The notes: generated by a model from the sequence alone, not told the origin. Counted from the stretch's first letter, positions 8,430-16,597 are shown. The stretch is DNA of 38,942 nt from Candidatus Sulfotelmatobacter sp. (GCA_035625755.1 DASPOZ010000101.1:1-38942); one strand, 5' to 3'. Numbers and translations are program-made.

Positions 8430-8818
8430 TGGCCGGGCCGGAATCCGGCAGCAACCCCTCCAGCCGGCCCCCGGGCCACGGCGGGGAGCCGGCCGGCCGC
8501 GCCAGCCCCGCCAGCGCTGGCCGGGACGCCACCGCCCTTGCCTGCACCTCCCGCAATGGCGGGAACGATGCTCACCTGGTCCCCCGCCTTCAGCGGCGTC
8601 TGGGCCCCTTGCAGGAACCGGATGTCCTCCTCGTTGACGTAGATGTTGATGAAGCGGCGGAGCTGGCCATGATCGTCACAGAGACGGGCGCGCAGCCCCG
8701 TGTACTGGCCCTCCAGCGCCTCGATCAACTCCGCCACGGATGCAGCGGAGGCCTTCACCTCACCCTGCCCCCCGGTGAGGCCCCGCAGCGGCGTCGGGAT
8801 CCGCACGGTCACGCTCAT
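8426..8818 (-). CDS. MoaD/ThiS/CysO-family sulfur-carrier (Ubl) protein with a 39-aa extension after the Gly-Gly
   Basis: ATG 8818 with AGGGAGGAAAAG upstream. A 91-aa beta-grasp-like domain ends in VPAIAGG (GG codons 8551-8546). The frame continues as [39 protein letters not shown]. Confidence 0.8.
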   Translation of the reverse strand: MSVTVRIPTPLRGLTGGQGEVKASAASVAELIEALEGQYTGLRARLCDDHGQLRRFINIYVNEEDIRFLQGAQTPLKAGDQVSIVPAIAGGAGKGGGVPASAGGAGAAGRLPAVARGPAGGVAAGFRPGH

Positions 8819-8874
8819 CTTTTCCTCCCTAGTCCAGGGTCCCGAGTCCAAAGTCCCGAGTCGCGGGCGCGGCA

Positions 8875-10125
8875 TCAACGGGCGGCGGCCAGGACGCCGG
8901 CGGCGGCCAGCGCGCCGTCGAACGACTTGAGGGTGGGCTTGATCTGCAGGGGGGCCGGCAGCGCATCCACCACGGCCTCCTGGGTCTTCAGCCCGTGCCC
9001 CGTGATGCACACGACGAGGCTCTCGTCCCGGGGGATGCGCCCCTGCGCGATGAGGCGCATGGCCGCGGCCAGCGTCACCCCGCCGGCCGTCTCGGCGTAG
9101 ATCCCCTCGGTGGCGGCCAGCAGCTTCATGGCCTCCACGATCTCGGCGTCACTGGCGTGCTCGCCCCAGCCTCCGCTGTCCTTCACCACCTTGTAGGCGT
9201 AGTAGCCGTCGGCCGGGTTGCCGATGGCCAGCGACTTGGCGATGGTCCGGGGCCGCACGGGCCGGATGGTCTCCGAGCCTTCCTTGACCGAATTCACGAT
9301 GGGGCCGCACCCCTCCGCCTGGGCGACGTACATCCGGGTGGGCACGTCCGCGATCAGTTCCAGGGTGCGGAGCTCCTGCAGCCCCTTCCAGATCTTGGTG
9401 ATCAGCGACCCGCCGGCGGCGGGCACCACGATATGCTGCGGGGCGCGCCAGCCGAGCTGCTCGGCGATCTCGTAGCCGAAGGTCTTGGACCCCTCGGCGT
9501 AGTAGGGGCGGATGTTGATGTTCACGAAGGCCCAGCCGTACTTGTCCGCCACCTCGCTGCAGAGCCGATTCACCTCGTCGTAGTTGCCTTCCACCGCCAC
9601 CACGGAAGGGTTGTAGATGGACGTCCCCAGTACCTTGCCCTGCTCCAGGTCCGCCGGGATGAAGACGAAGCTCTTTATCCCGGCCTCGGCGGCGTGGGCC
9701 GCCACGGAGTTCGCCAGGTTGCCGGTGGAGGCGCAGGCCACCACCTGAAATCCCATCTCCAGGGCCCGGGTCACCGCCACGGCCACCACGCGGTCCTTGA
9801 AGGAGAGGGTCGGATGATTGACCGTGTCGTTCTTGAGGTAGAGTTCCCGCACGCCCAGGGCACGGGCCAGGTTTCGGGCCCGGATCAGGGGGGTGAAGCC
9901 GCATGCCCGGCCCACCGCCGCCTCGCCCTCGATGGGCAGCAGGGGGCGATAGCGCCAGATGCTGGGTGGCCCCGCCTCGACGGATCGGCGCGAGACCAGG
10001 CGCCGCAGGGCCTCGTAATCGTAGGCCACCTCCAGCGGCCCGAAGCAGAACTCGCAGACGTGGAGCGCTTTGGCCGGGTACGGCCGCCCACACTCGCGGC
10101 ACTTCAACCCCTTGATCGTTCCCAT
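8875..10125 (-). CDS. Threonine-synthase-family PLP enzyme (ThrC-like; predicted homocysteine-forming MetM-like role)
   Basis: N-terminal zinc ribbon CRECG...CEFC. PLP-lysine motif TLSFKDR. ATG 10125 (alternative ATG 10143). Lies in the SAM-riboswitch operon. Confidence 0.85.
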   Translation of the reverse strand: MGTIKGLKCRECGRPYPAKALHVCEFCFGPLEVAYDYEALRRLVSRRSVEAGPPSIWRYRPLLPIEGEAAVGRACGFTPLIRARNLARALGVRELYLKNDTVNHPTLSFKDRVVAVAVTRALEMGFQVVACASTGNLANSVAAHAAEAGIKSFVFIPADLEQGKVLGTSIYNPSVVAVEGNYDEVNRLCSEVADKYGWAFVNINIRPYYAEGSKTFGYEIAEQLGWRAPQHIVVPAAGGSLITKIWKGLQELRTLELIADVPTRMYVAQAEGCGPIVNSVKEGSETIRPVRPRTIAKSLAIGNPADGYYAYKVVKDSGGWGEHASDAEIVEAMKLLAATEGIYAETAGGVTLAAAMRLIAQGRIPRDESLVVCITGHGLKTQEAVVDALPAPLQIKPTLKSFDGALAAAGVLAAAR

Positions 10126-10187
10126 CCTGGATCCTACTCCCATCCCGCGGCCCCCGGCGAGGGGGGCCAGCGGCCTCGCCCCGGGGA

Positions 10188-10421
10188 TTATCCCCGGAGC
10201 TCCTCCACCCGGATCCCCAGCCCCGAGAGGAACGCGATGCCGCGCGCCACCTCGGCCGGATCGCCCTTGAGTTTCACCGTAACCTCGCCCGAGGCCTCGG
10301 TCACCCGGGCCTTGCGGATGTTAGGGACGATCTCGAATTCCTTGCAGAGGCGGTACAGCACCGGCTCCGTGACCAGGGAAGACGGGTAGGTCAGCTTCAC
10401 CGTGCGCGTGACTGCAGCCAT
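10188..10421 (-). CDS. NIL-domain protein (77 aa)
   Basis: ATG 10421 with GGGAGG 7 nt upstream. VKLTYPSSLVTEPVLYRLCKEFEIVPNIRKARV resembles the NIL domain of the MetN C-terminus. The tracked start at 10460 lies inside the riboswitch terminator and is rejected. Confidence 0.75.
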   Translation of the reverse strand: MAAVTRTVKLTYPSSLVTEPVLYRLCKEFEIVPNIRKARVTEASGEVTVKLKGDPAEVARGIAFLSGLGIRVEELRG

Positions 10422-10441
10422 GTGCCGCCTCCCGGGACCAT

Positions 10442-10482
10442 AAAAAAAACCCCTCCTCATCCATAGGCAATGAGAAGGGGTT
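10442..10482 (-). terminator. Riboswitch expression-platform terminator
   Basis: Minus strand reads CCCCTTCTCAT-TGCCTATGG-ATGAGGAGGGG followed by TTTTTTTT. Confidence 0.85.
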
Positions 10483-10500
10483 GCATTGACCCTTATCTTG

Positions 10501-10632
10501 CCTCATCTCTCATCCCGCCGGTACAGCACTACGAAGCGGGATGTAGGAGTTGGCACCGGACCCCCGCCATGCTGGGCGGGGCGGTTGCCGTGGCGTCGTC
10601 GGGCCAGTCCCTCAGCCACTCTGGATGAGTTT
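10501..10632 (-). promoter_or_regulatory. SAM-I (S-box) riboswitch aptamer
   Basis: Minus strand reads CTCATCCAGAGTGGCTGAGGGACTGGCCCGACGACGCCACGGCAACC...GGTGCCAACTCC...GGGATGAGAGATGAG. The P1 strands and the conserved GAGGGA / GGCCC / GCAACC / GGTGCCAA blocks are all present. Confidence 0.9.
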
Positions 10633-10638
10633 CGCGTA

Positions 10639-10667
10639 TTTATAGGTGATGCGTCCCGCCCTGTCAA
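10639..10667 (-). promoter_or_regulatory. Sigma70 promoter TTGACA-17-TATAAA driving the riboswitch operon
   Basis: Near-consensus hexamers with an exact 17-nt spacer. The predicted transcription start lies at the riboswitch P1. Confidence 0.75.
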
Positions 10668-10718
10668 CAAGAAACTTTGCGGCCTGCCTCCTCGCGCCGC
10701 CGCCGCGGGGCGGCGGGG

Positions 10719-10958
10719 CTATTCCACGATGTCCTGCTCGATGGGCGCGACCTTGATCCCCTTCTCCTCCAGCCAGCGAACGCCGCGGTCCAGGGCCTCG
10801 TCGTCGCCTTCCAGTTGGAGCATCATCCAGCCGACGCTTTCCGCCATATCCGCCTGGCGGATATTGAACACCACGTCGAAGTCCCGGCAGAGCTGCCACA
10901 TGATGGGCTCGTCCGCCAGGGTCCCGGGAAACGTCAGGTGCACGCGCCGCCTGGCCAT
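10719..10958 (-). CDS. NIL-domain protein (79 aa), paralog outside the riboswitch
   Basis: ATG 10958 (MARRRVHLTFPGTLADEPIMWQLCRDFDVVFNIRQADM...). Same fold signature as 10188-10421. Confidence 0.7.
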   Translation of the reverse strand: MARRRVHLTFPGTLADEPIMWQLCRDFDVVFNIRQADMAESVGWMMLQLEGDDEALDRGVRWLEEKGIKVAPIEQDIVE

Positions 10959-10967
10959 ATCGCCTGT

Positions 10968-10996
10968 ATTATACGGGTCATTGCCCGGTCCGTAAA
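10968..10996 (-). promoter_or_regulatory. Possible promoter TTTACG-17-TATAAT just upstream of the first NIL gene
   Basis: The -10 hexamer is perfect and the -35 is weak. The -10 ends only about 9 nt before the ATG, which implies a very short leader. Confidence 0.35.
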
Positions 10997-11269
10997 GCGC
11001 GAAGGCCGCCCGACGGCGTAACCGTGGATGGGCGGTCCGCCGCTCACCCCAGGCCGGCACGGTCCTCCTCCCTCTGGCGGACCGCAAACGCAATCCGTTC
11101 CACCTCCAAGGCCGGAGTCCAGGGGTCCTCGAGTATCTCGACCGAGACGAGGGGGTCGCGCCCCTCCCCCCTTCCCAGCACCGTCAGTTCCCGCGCGGTG
11201 TCTGCCACCAGCATCACGCCATCCTCCACTGATGACCCCGGGCGGTCACCCACCCCGATAACTTCGGGT

Positions 11270-11488
11270 CTACCCCGGGAAGAACGTGGAGCCCACCCAA
11301 ACGAGTCCCCCCAGCAGCACCAGGCCCAGAATCAGGCTCCACGCCACCAGCCGGTTCTCCACCGGCAGGAAAGGCTCGTGCGGGGCCTTCGCCAGCTCCT
11401 CGGCGACCCCCAGCGCCGTTCCCGTTCGCGATCCCCTGGGCTCCGGCCGAGCCTCAACCCCCAGCGGCGCCGCAATTTGCGTTCCCAT
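11270..11488 (-). CDS. Small single-TM protein (72 aa), unknown function
   Basis: ATG 11488 with GGAAGGGAG upstream. C-terminal hydrophobic helix LVAWSLILGLVLLGGLVWVG. Follows the transporter gene. Confidence 0.4.
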   Translation of the reverse strand: MGTQIAAPLGVEARPEPRGSRTGTALGVAEELAKAPHEPFLPVENRLVAWSLILGLVLLGGLVWVGSTFFPG

Positions 11489-11563
11489 GGCAACCTTTTC
11501 TCCCTTCCGGGCCCGCCCGCCCCCGCGGGCGGATGCCCCTGCATCCCCGGCGAAGGCCGGGCT

Positions 11564-13006
11564 TCACGCGCTAGGCGGGGCGATCCCATGGAAGAAGATC
11601 CATGAGATGACCAGCCCGATCCAGATGATGAAGCCGAAGAGGGACACAACGTAGACGAGCGCCAGCTTCCCGATGCCTTCCTCCCAGAGCTTCTTGAAGT
11701 TGGACATGAGGCCGATGGTGAAGAACGTCATGACGAAGAACAGCACGCGGAAGATGTTGCTCTCCGCCGTGGCGAGCCTGGCCGCGCCCAGCAGCCCCGG
11801 CGCCCGCAGGGCGAGGACGAGCATCGCGAGGAAGGTCAGGAAGTATCCGAGCACGAACTTGGGAAACCGCTCCCATATCTCACGGGGCGAGACCCGCTCT
11901 CCCGGCTTCTTGTCGATGGCGTACACCCAGACCAGGGCCAGCACGAAAGCCCAGATGCCGATGAAGATGTCGATGAACACCTTCACCGTGGTCGCCGTCA
12001 TCAGGACCCAGCCCTCCTTGTACGTCACGCCGGCCGTGGCCAGGACCTTGGCGCGGATGAGGGCATCCGTGATGGCCCCGCTGGCTACCGCCGCGCCGTC
12101 CGTCTTGACGGCCAGGCCCATCCATGCCCCGGCCACCAGGGGCTCGTGGGCGAGGAAGGCCTGCGCCACGAAAGGCAGGAACAGCAATTCGACCACCGCA
12201 AAGATCACCACCAGCGAAGAGACCATCACGGGGACCACCGGCCGGGCCCTGATGGCTGCGCCGGTCGCGATGGCCGCCGAGACGCCGCAGATGGAGATCC
12301 CGGACGCCAGGGGGGCGGCCCATTCCCGACTGAACTTGAAGCCCCTCCGGGCGACGAGGTACACCAGGGCCCAGTAGATCAGGTAGGCCTCTAGGATGGC
12401 GGCAAACCCGCGGAACATGACCGCCTTGGCCAGGCCCGTGGCGCCGGCCGCCTGCATCCCGAGGGACGCCCCCAAGATCACGATGGCGGCCTTGATGTAC
12501 CACTCCGGCCGGGTCGCCTCCTTGAGGAAGGCCGCCAACCTGGGCCAGAAATTACCGATGATCAATCCGGCCAGGAGGGCCACGATGAACCCGGCCTCCC
12601 CCGTCAGCCCCAGGGACCAGGGGATCCTGAGCGCCTTCAACTTGTCAGGGGTCGCCGCGATGTACGCGTAGTTGCCGATGAGCCAGCAGGCGTAGCTCAC
12701 CCAGAAGATCACGGTGAAGCCGGCGGCGAACGCCTTGGCATCGAACTTCAGCGCCTTGGCCCCCAGCCCCAGGATGACCAGCATGAACAAGTAGGTGAGC
12801 ACCAGGGCCCCGACCCCAGGGAGGCCCACATAGGCCTTCGAGACCGGGGCCAGGGCCTTGCCGATGTCTAGCCACACACTCGTGGCCACACCCCAGCCGA
12901 GGAGGTCCCTTCCCCCGAGGGGGGCGAGGGAAAGCAGGAAGACGGCGAGCCCGATCCAGAGGGCCCACCAGTCTTCCGTGTTCTGAATCCATCGTTTCCT
13001 CTCCAT
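11564..13006 (-). CDS. Multi-pass membrane transporter, YeiH/UPF0324 (putative sulfate-exporter) family-like
   Basis: ATG 13006 with GGGAGGGCAGG upstream. More than 10 TM segments. The family call rests on recalled resemblance only. Confidence 0.65.
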   Translation of the reverse strand: MERKRWIQNTEDWWALWIGLAVFLLSLAPLGGRDLLGWGVATSVWLDIGKALAPVSKAYVGLPGVGALVLTYLFMLVILGLGAKALKFDAKAFAAGFTVIFWVSYACWLIGNYAYIAATPDKLKALRIPWSLGLTGEAGFIVALLAGLIIGNFWPRLAAFLKEATRPEWYIKAAIVILGASLGMQAAGATGLAKAVMFRGFAAILEAYLIYWALVYLVARRGFKFSREWAAPLASGISICGVSAAIATGAAIRARPVVPVMVSSLVVIFAVVELLFLPFVAQAFLAHEPLVAGAWMGLAVKTDGAAVASGAITDALIRAKVLATAGVTYKEGWVLMTATTVKVFIDIFIGIWAFVLALVWVYAIDKKPGERVSPREIWERFPKFVLGYFLTFLAMLVLALRAPGLLGAARLATAESNIFRVLFFVMTFFTIGLMSNFKKLWEEGIGKLALVYVVSLFGFIIWIGLVISWIFFHGIAPPSA

Positions 13007-13054
13007 CCTGCCCTCCCGTTCCCTGTCCCTGGGTCCGATCCGTCGAGCACCTCA

Positions 13055-13183
13055 CAGGGCATTGAAGAACTCTCGCATACCCGGGCTGCTCAAAAAGGTG
13101 CAGATGCAAGGCGCCGCGCGGATTCCGCAATCCGCATTCCGCATTCCGCAATGGAGAGGTGGGCCCTTTCCAGCAGCCTGCTA
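13055..13183 (+). repeat. Palindromic repeat, copy 2 (variant core)
   Basis: The arms are conserved (CCCGGGCTGCTCAAAAAGGTGCAGATGCAAGG ... GGGCCCTTTCCAGCAGCCTG-CTA). The GC-palindromic core is replaced by ATTCCGC-type short tandem repeats at 13121-13150. Confidence 0.8.
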
Positions 13184-14995
13184 CGACGCGCATTCCCCGG
13201 GGCCGGTGTGCACGCCGAAGGCCTCGGTGCCGCCCCAGTCGAGGTAGGCATCCGGCGCCTGGGCGTGCGCCGGGAGCTCGGTCAGATCCCTGACCGCCTC
13301 CCGGATCCTGGCCAATCCGAGGCGATCCACGAACGCCTCGAACGTTTCCCCGCCCCGCCGCTCCGCCCGGTAGAGGTCCAGCAGGCGGCCCACTAGGGCC
13401 GGGGCGTTCTTCGCCGGTACCTTCAGCGCGGGGCGCGCGTACCGCGTCCCCTCCAGACTGAGGGATGCGCCCAGGAAGACCTGGTAGGTCGGCACCTGCT
13501 TCCCGTCGAACACCTTCGACCCGCCGGAGAAGCCGATGCCGGCGATGTGATGGTGGCCGCAGGAGTTCGGGCAGCCCGAGATCTTGATCCGGATCCCCGC
13601 CTCGTCGGCCACATAGGCGTGGCCGTTCCGGCAAATGTCGCCGATGGCCGCCGCCAGGCCGCGCGACGAGGTGATCCCGAGCTGGCAGGTATCGGCGCCG
13701 GGGCAGGCGGTGACGTCCGCCAGGCGGTCGGCCGAGGGCGCGGCCAGGCCCGCCCCCTTGAGCAGGCGATACACCGGCGGCAGCTTGGCGCCGGGGATCC
13801 AGCGCAGGAGGATGTTCTGCTGGTTCGTCGTCCGGAGCCACCCGTCACCGAACTGGCGGGCGAGGAAGGCAAGGACCCGGAGTTGCGGGCCCGTCACGTC
13901 GCCCAGAACCAGGCGCGCGTTGACCATGAAATAGCCCCGCTGCTTCTGCGGCCGCACGTTCGTGGCCCACCATCGACCGGATTCGGGGTCGCCGTTCGGC
14001 ACGGCGGCCAGGTCCGCCGGCGACGGAGCGCGCCGCGACGCCTCCGGCGGGACATCGATGGACGGGATCCTCCCGGCCAGCACCCCGCGCAGGCCTTCGC
14101 GCTCCCCCAGGACGAGGGCGCGGAACGCCTCCATCCCGAGCTTCCGGACGACGAACTTCAGGCGGGCCAGATTGCGGTTGTCCCGATTGCCGAGCCGATC
14201 GAACACGCGCACGATGGCCGCGATGGTGACCAGCAAGTCCTCGGCCGGCGTGAAGTCCTCCAGGGGCTGCGCCACCTGGGGCGATGGGCCGAGACCGCCG
14301 CCGACATAGAGGCGGAACCCCCGCAGCCCTTCCGCGCCTTGGTGGCGCAGCGCCGCCACCGCGCCGATATCCTGGATGGGCGCGAGCCCGCAGAGGTCCC
14401 GGCACCCCGAGAAGCTGATCTTGAATTTCCGGGGCAGGTTCTGGTTCATCGGATTGCGCAGGAGGAAGCGGGCCGTGGCCTCCGCGTAGGGCGTAACGTC
14501 GAAGGGCTCGTCGGGCGCCACGCCGGCGTGGGGGCAGGCCACCACGTTGCGGACGGTGTTCCCGCAGGCCTCGCGCGTGGTGAGGCCCACCTCGGCCAGG
14601 CGCGTGAGCGTCGGCGTCAGTTCCTCCGGCTTCACGAAGTGGAACTGGATGTTCTGGCGCGTCGTGACGTGGCCCACCCCCCGCGGCGCCGCCTCGGCCA
14701 GCTCGGCCAGGCGCTCGACCTGCTTCGCCGTGAGGCCGCCCCAGGGGATCTTCACCCGCACCATGTGCACCCCCTCCTGCCGCTGGCCATAGACGCCATG
14801 CTGCAGGCGGAAGCGCTTGAACTCGTCCGGCGTGATCTCGCCGCGCCAGAAGCGATGAACGAACCGGTCGAAGGTATCGATCTCGCCGGCGTCCGCCCAG
14901 GATTCCGGCTCGTGCACGGCCTGCCCGGGGAGTTCCTCGGCGTCCGGGATGTGAAGGTGGGGTCGCCTCGTCTCGGTCGTCACCTCGTCGTTCAT
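13181..14995 (-). CDS. sir: Ferredoxin-dependent sulfite reductase (siroheme/[4Fe-4S] hemoprotein)
   Basis: ATG 14995 with GGAGGG upstream. Duplicated nitrite/sulfite-reductase half-domains. Cys cluster TACPGADTC ... SGCPNSCGHH. Confidence 0.9.
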   Translation of the reverse strand: MNDEVTTETRRPHLHIPDAEELPGQAVHEPESWADAGEIDTFDRFVHRFWRGEITPDEFKRFRLQHGVYGQRQEGVHMVRVKIPWGGLTAKQVERLAELAEAAPRGVGHVTTRQNIQFHFVKPEELTPTLTRLAEVGLTTREACGNTVRNVVACPHAGVAPDEPFDVTPYAEATARFLLRNPMNQNLPRKFKISFSGCRDLCGLAPIQDIGAVAALRHQGAEGLRGFRLYVGGGLGPSPQVAQPLEDFTPAEDLLVTIAAIVRVFDRLGNRDNRNLARLKFVVRKLGMEAFRALVLGEREGLRGVLAGRIPSIDVPPEASRRAPSPADLAAVPNGDPESGRWWATNVRPQKQRGYFMVNARLVLGDVTGPQLRVLAFLARQFGDGWLRTTNQQNILLRWIPGAKLPPVYRLLKGAGLAAPSADRLADVTACPGADTCQLGITSSRGLAAAIGDICRNGHAYVADEAGIRIKISGCPNSCGHHHIAGIGFSGGSKVFDGKQVPTYQVFLGASLSLEGTRYARPALKVPAKNAPALVGRLLDLYRAERRGGETFEAFVDRLGLARIREAVRDLTELPAHAQAPDAYLDWGGTEAFGVHTGPGECAS

Positions 14996-15007
14996 GGTCC
15001 CTCCAAG

Positions 15008-15040
15008 AAAAAAGGCCAACCCGCTCTCTGCGGATTGGCC
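15008..15040 (-). promoter_or_regulatory. Terminator-like hairpin immediately upstream of the sir RBS (possible attenuator)
   Basis: Minus strand reads GGCCAATCCGC-AGAGA-GCGGGTTGGCC followed by TTTTTT, then CTTGGAGGGACCATG. Confidence 0.55.
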
Positions 15041-15303
15041 TCCAGTTGACTGGTCAGCCTGTTATCGGCGGCGGGGGCTACACGGGCCCGACCACCGCGC
15101 AGCACATGGCGGCATCCATGTGCCCCGCACGATTGCTCCGAATCTCCCTCGGGTTACCGGACATTTGGCGCCAAAAAAAACCTTTCCAGCCTGAGCGACA
15201 CCACATGCCCATCGTGCGACATCCCCCTCTCATCAAGGCAACGGCACCCTTTTCCAAGTGTTGCGCGCCATCCGCTTCGCGACCCGCCCGGCGTCTCCAC
15301 ACC

Positions 15304-15582
15304 TCAGGCCTTGGGCAGGAACAGCTCGTAGAACCGCCTGGGGCGGATGGCCTCAAGGCAGTTCGCCACAGCCTCCTCCACCGTATCGCCAGTCTTGCTG
15401 AACTCCGGCCTCGTCACCAGCTCCGCATGCTCGGGCCGCGCCGTGCAGCGCGGGGTCTCGGGTGGCACCGGGCCCAGGGCCTCTTCCACCAGCAGTTCGA
15501 TGCTGCTCTGGCCGCATCCCATCGCCTTCCAGAAGCGAAACCGGTGAACGCGCAGCAGCCGTTCACCCTGGCGCAGCTCCAT
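15304..15582 (-). CDS. Hypothetical protein with weak HicB/UPF0150-like C-terminal half
   Basis: ATG 15582. ...RPEFSKTGDTVEEAVANCLEAI resembles the PGC..G.T.EEA..N..EAI signature only loosely. Confidence 0.3.
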   Translation of the reverse strand: MELRQGERLLRVHRFRFWKAMGCGQSSIELLVEEALGPVPPETPRCTARPEHAELVTRPEFSKTGDTVEEAVANCLEAIRPRRFYELFLPKA

Positions 15583-15596
15583 GACACCTCGCTCAA

Positions 15597-15751
15597 CAGG
15601 CTGCTGAAAAACCTTCTCTTGCCCAGGCTGCTCAAAAAGGTCCAGATGCAAGGCGGCGCGCGATGCGCCGAGTGAGGCGTACTTCTGGTACGCCGCAGCG
15701 AATGCGCGAGCGCGCCAACGCCGCAGATGGGCCTTTTTCAGCAGCCTGCTA
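15597..15751 (+). repeat. Palindromic repeat, copy 3 (short form)
   Basis: CAGGCTGCTGAAAAACC-TTCTCTTGCC-CAGGCTGCTCAAAAAGGTCCAGATGCAAGGCGGCGCGCGATGCG...GCGCGAGCGCGCCAACGCCGCAGATGGGCCTTTTTCAGCAGCCTG-CTA. Confidence 0.9.
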
Positions 15752-16597
15752 CGGCTTTTCCACGGGCACGCCCACCAGGCTCCCGTACTCGGTCCAGGAT
15801 CCGTCGTAGTTGCGGACCCTGGGATAGCCCAGGAGCTCCTTCAGGGCGAACCATGTGAGCGAGGAGCGCTCACCGATCCGGCAGTAGGCCACCACCTCCT
15901 TGTCGGGCGTGACCCCCTTGCCCGCGTAGAGGCTCTTGAGCTCGTCCGCCGACTTGAAGGTGCCGTCGGGGCGGCAGTTCTCGCCCCAGGGGATGTTCGC
16001 CGCGCCGGGCACGTGGCCGCCCCGCTGCGCCCCCTCCTGGGGCAGGTTCTCGGGGGCCAGCAATTCGCCGCTGAACTCGCGGGGCGAGCGCACATCCACC
16101 AAGGCGCGGTTCCGCCTGAAGGCCGTCTCCACCACCAGGTCCCGGGCGGCGCGGACGGAAGGATCGGGGTCCTTGGCGCTGTAGCGCACGGGGGCGATCT
16201 TGGTGGCCTCCTTGGTCAGCGCGCGGCCCTCGTCGATCCATTTCTTCCGGCCGCCGTTCATGATCTGCGCGTCGGAGTGGCCGTAATGCTTCAGCAGCCA
16301 GTAGGCGTACGTGGCGAACCAGTTATTGTTATCCCCGTAGAGGATGACCTTGGTATTGGTGCCCACCCCCGCCTGGCCCAGGAGCTGCTCGATCTTGGCC
16401 TTGCTGGCGATATCGCGCACGGGGTGCTCCTCCAGGTCCCGGAACCAGTTCAAGGCTACCGCCCCGGGGATGTGGCCCTGCTCGAAGGCGGCGGTATCCA
16501 CGGAGACCTCGATGACGCGAAGGTTCGGGTCCTTCAGATGGTCCGCCACCCATGCCGTCTCCACGAGCACCTGAGGGTTCGCGTACGCCGTCGCCAT
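15749..16597 (-). CDS. Thiosulfate/3-mercaptopyruvate sulfurtransferase (tandem rhodanese)
   Basis: ATG 16597 with AAGGGAGGGGG upstream. Two rhodanese domains. Active-site loop CRIGERSS. Confidence 0.9.
   Translation of the reverse strand: MATAYANPQVLVETAWVADHLKDPNLRVIEVSVDTAAFEQGHIPGAVALNWFRDLEEHPVRDIASKAKIEQLLGQAGVGTNTKVILYGDNNNWFATYAYWLLKHYGHSDAQIMNGGRKKWIDEGRALTKEATKIAPVRYSAKDPDPSVRAARDLVVETAFRRNRALVDVRSPREFSGELLAPENLPQEGAQRGGHVPGAANIPWGENCRPDGTFKSADELKSLYAGKGVTPDKEVVAYCRIGERSSLTWFALKELLGYPRVRNYDGSWTEYGSLVGVPVEKP

Noticed and set aside
10143-10143. Alternative upstream ATG (10143) for the ThrC-like gene, and GTG 17362 for the JAMM gene.
   Set aside because: The downstream ATGs (10125 and 17344) have better-placed purine-rich sequences and fit the conserved N-termini. 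The choice is not certain and does not affect the functional calls.
15008-15303. Tried to assign the sir leader to SAM-I, SAM-II, SAM-IV or T-box classes.
   Set aside because: None of the conserved blocks is present (for example GAGGGA..GGCCC..GCAACC, or the T-box AGAGA/GNUGGNA context). It is left as an unclassified candidate.
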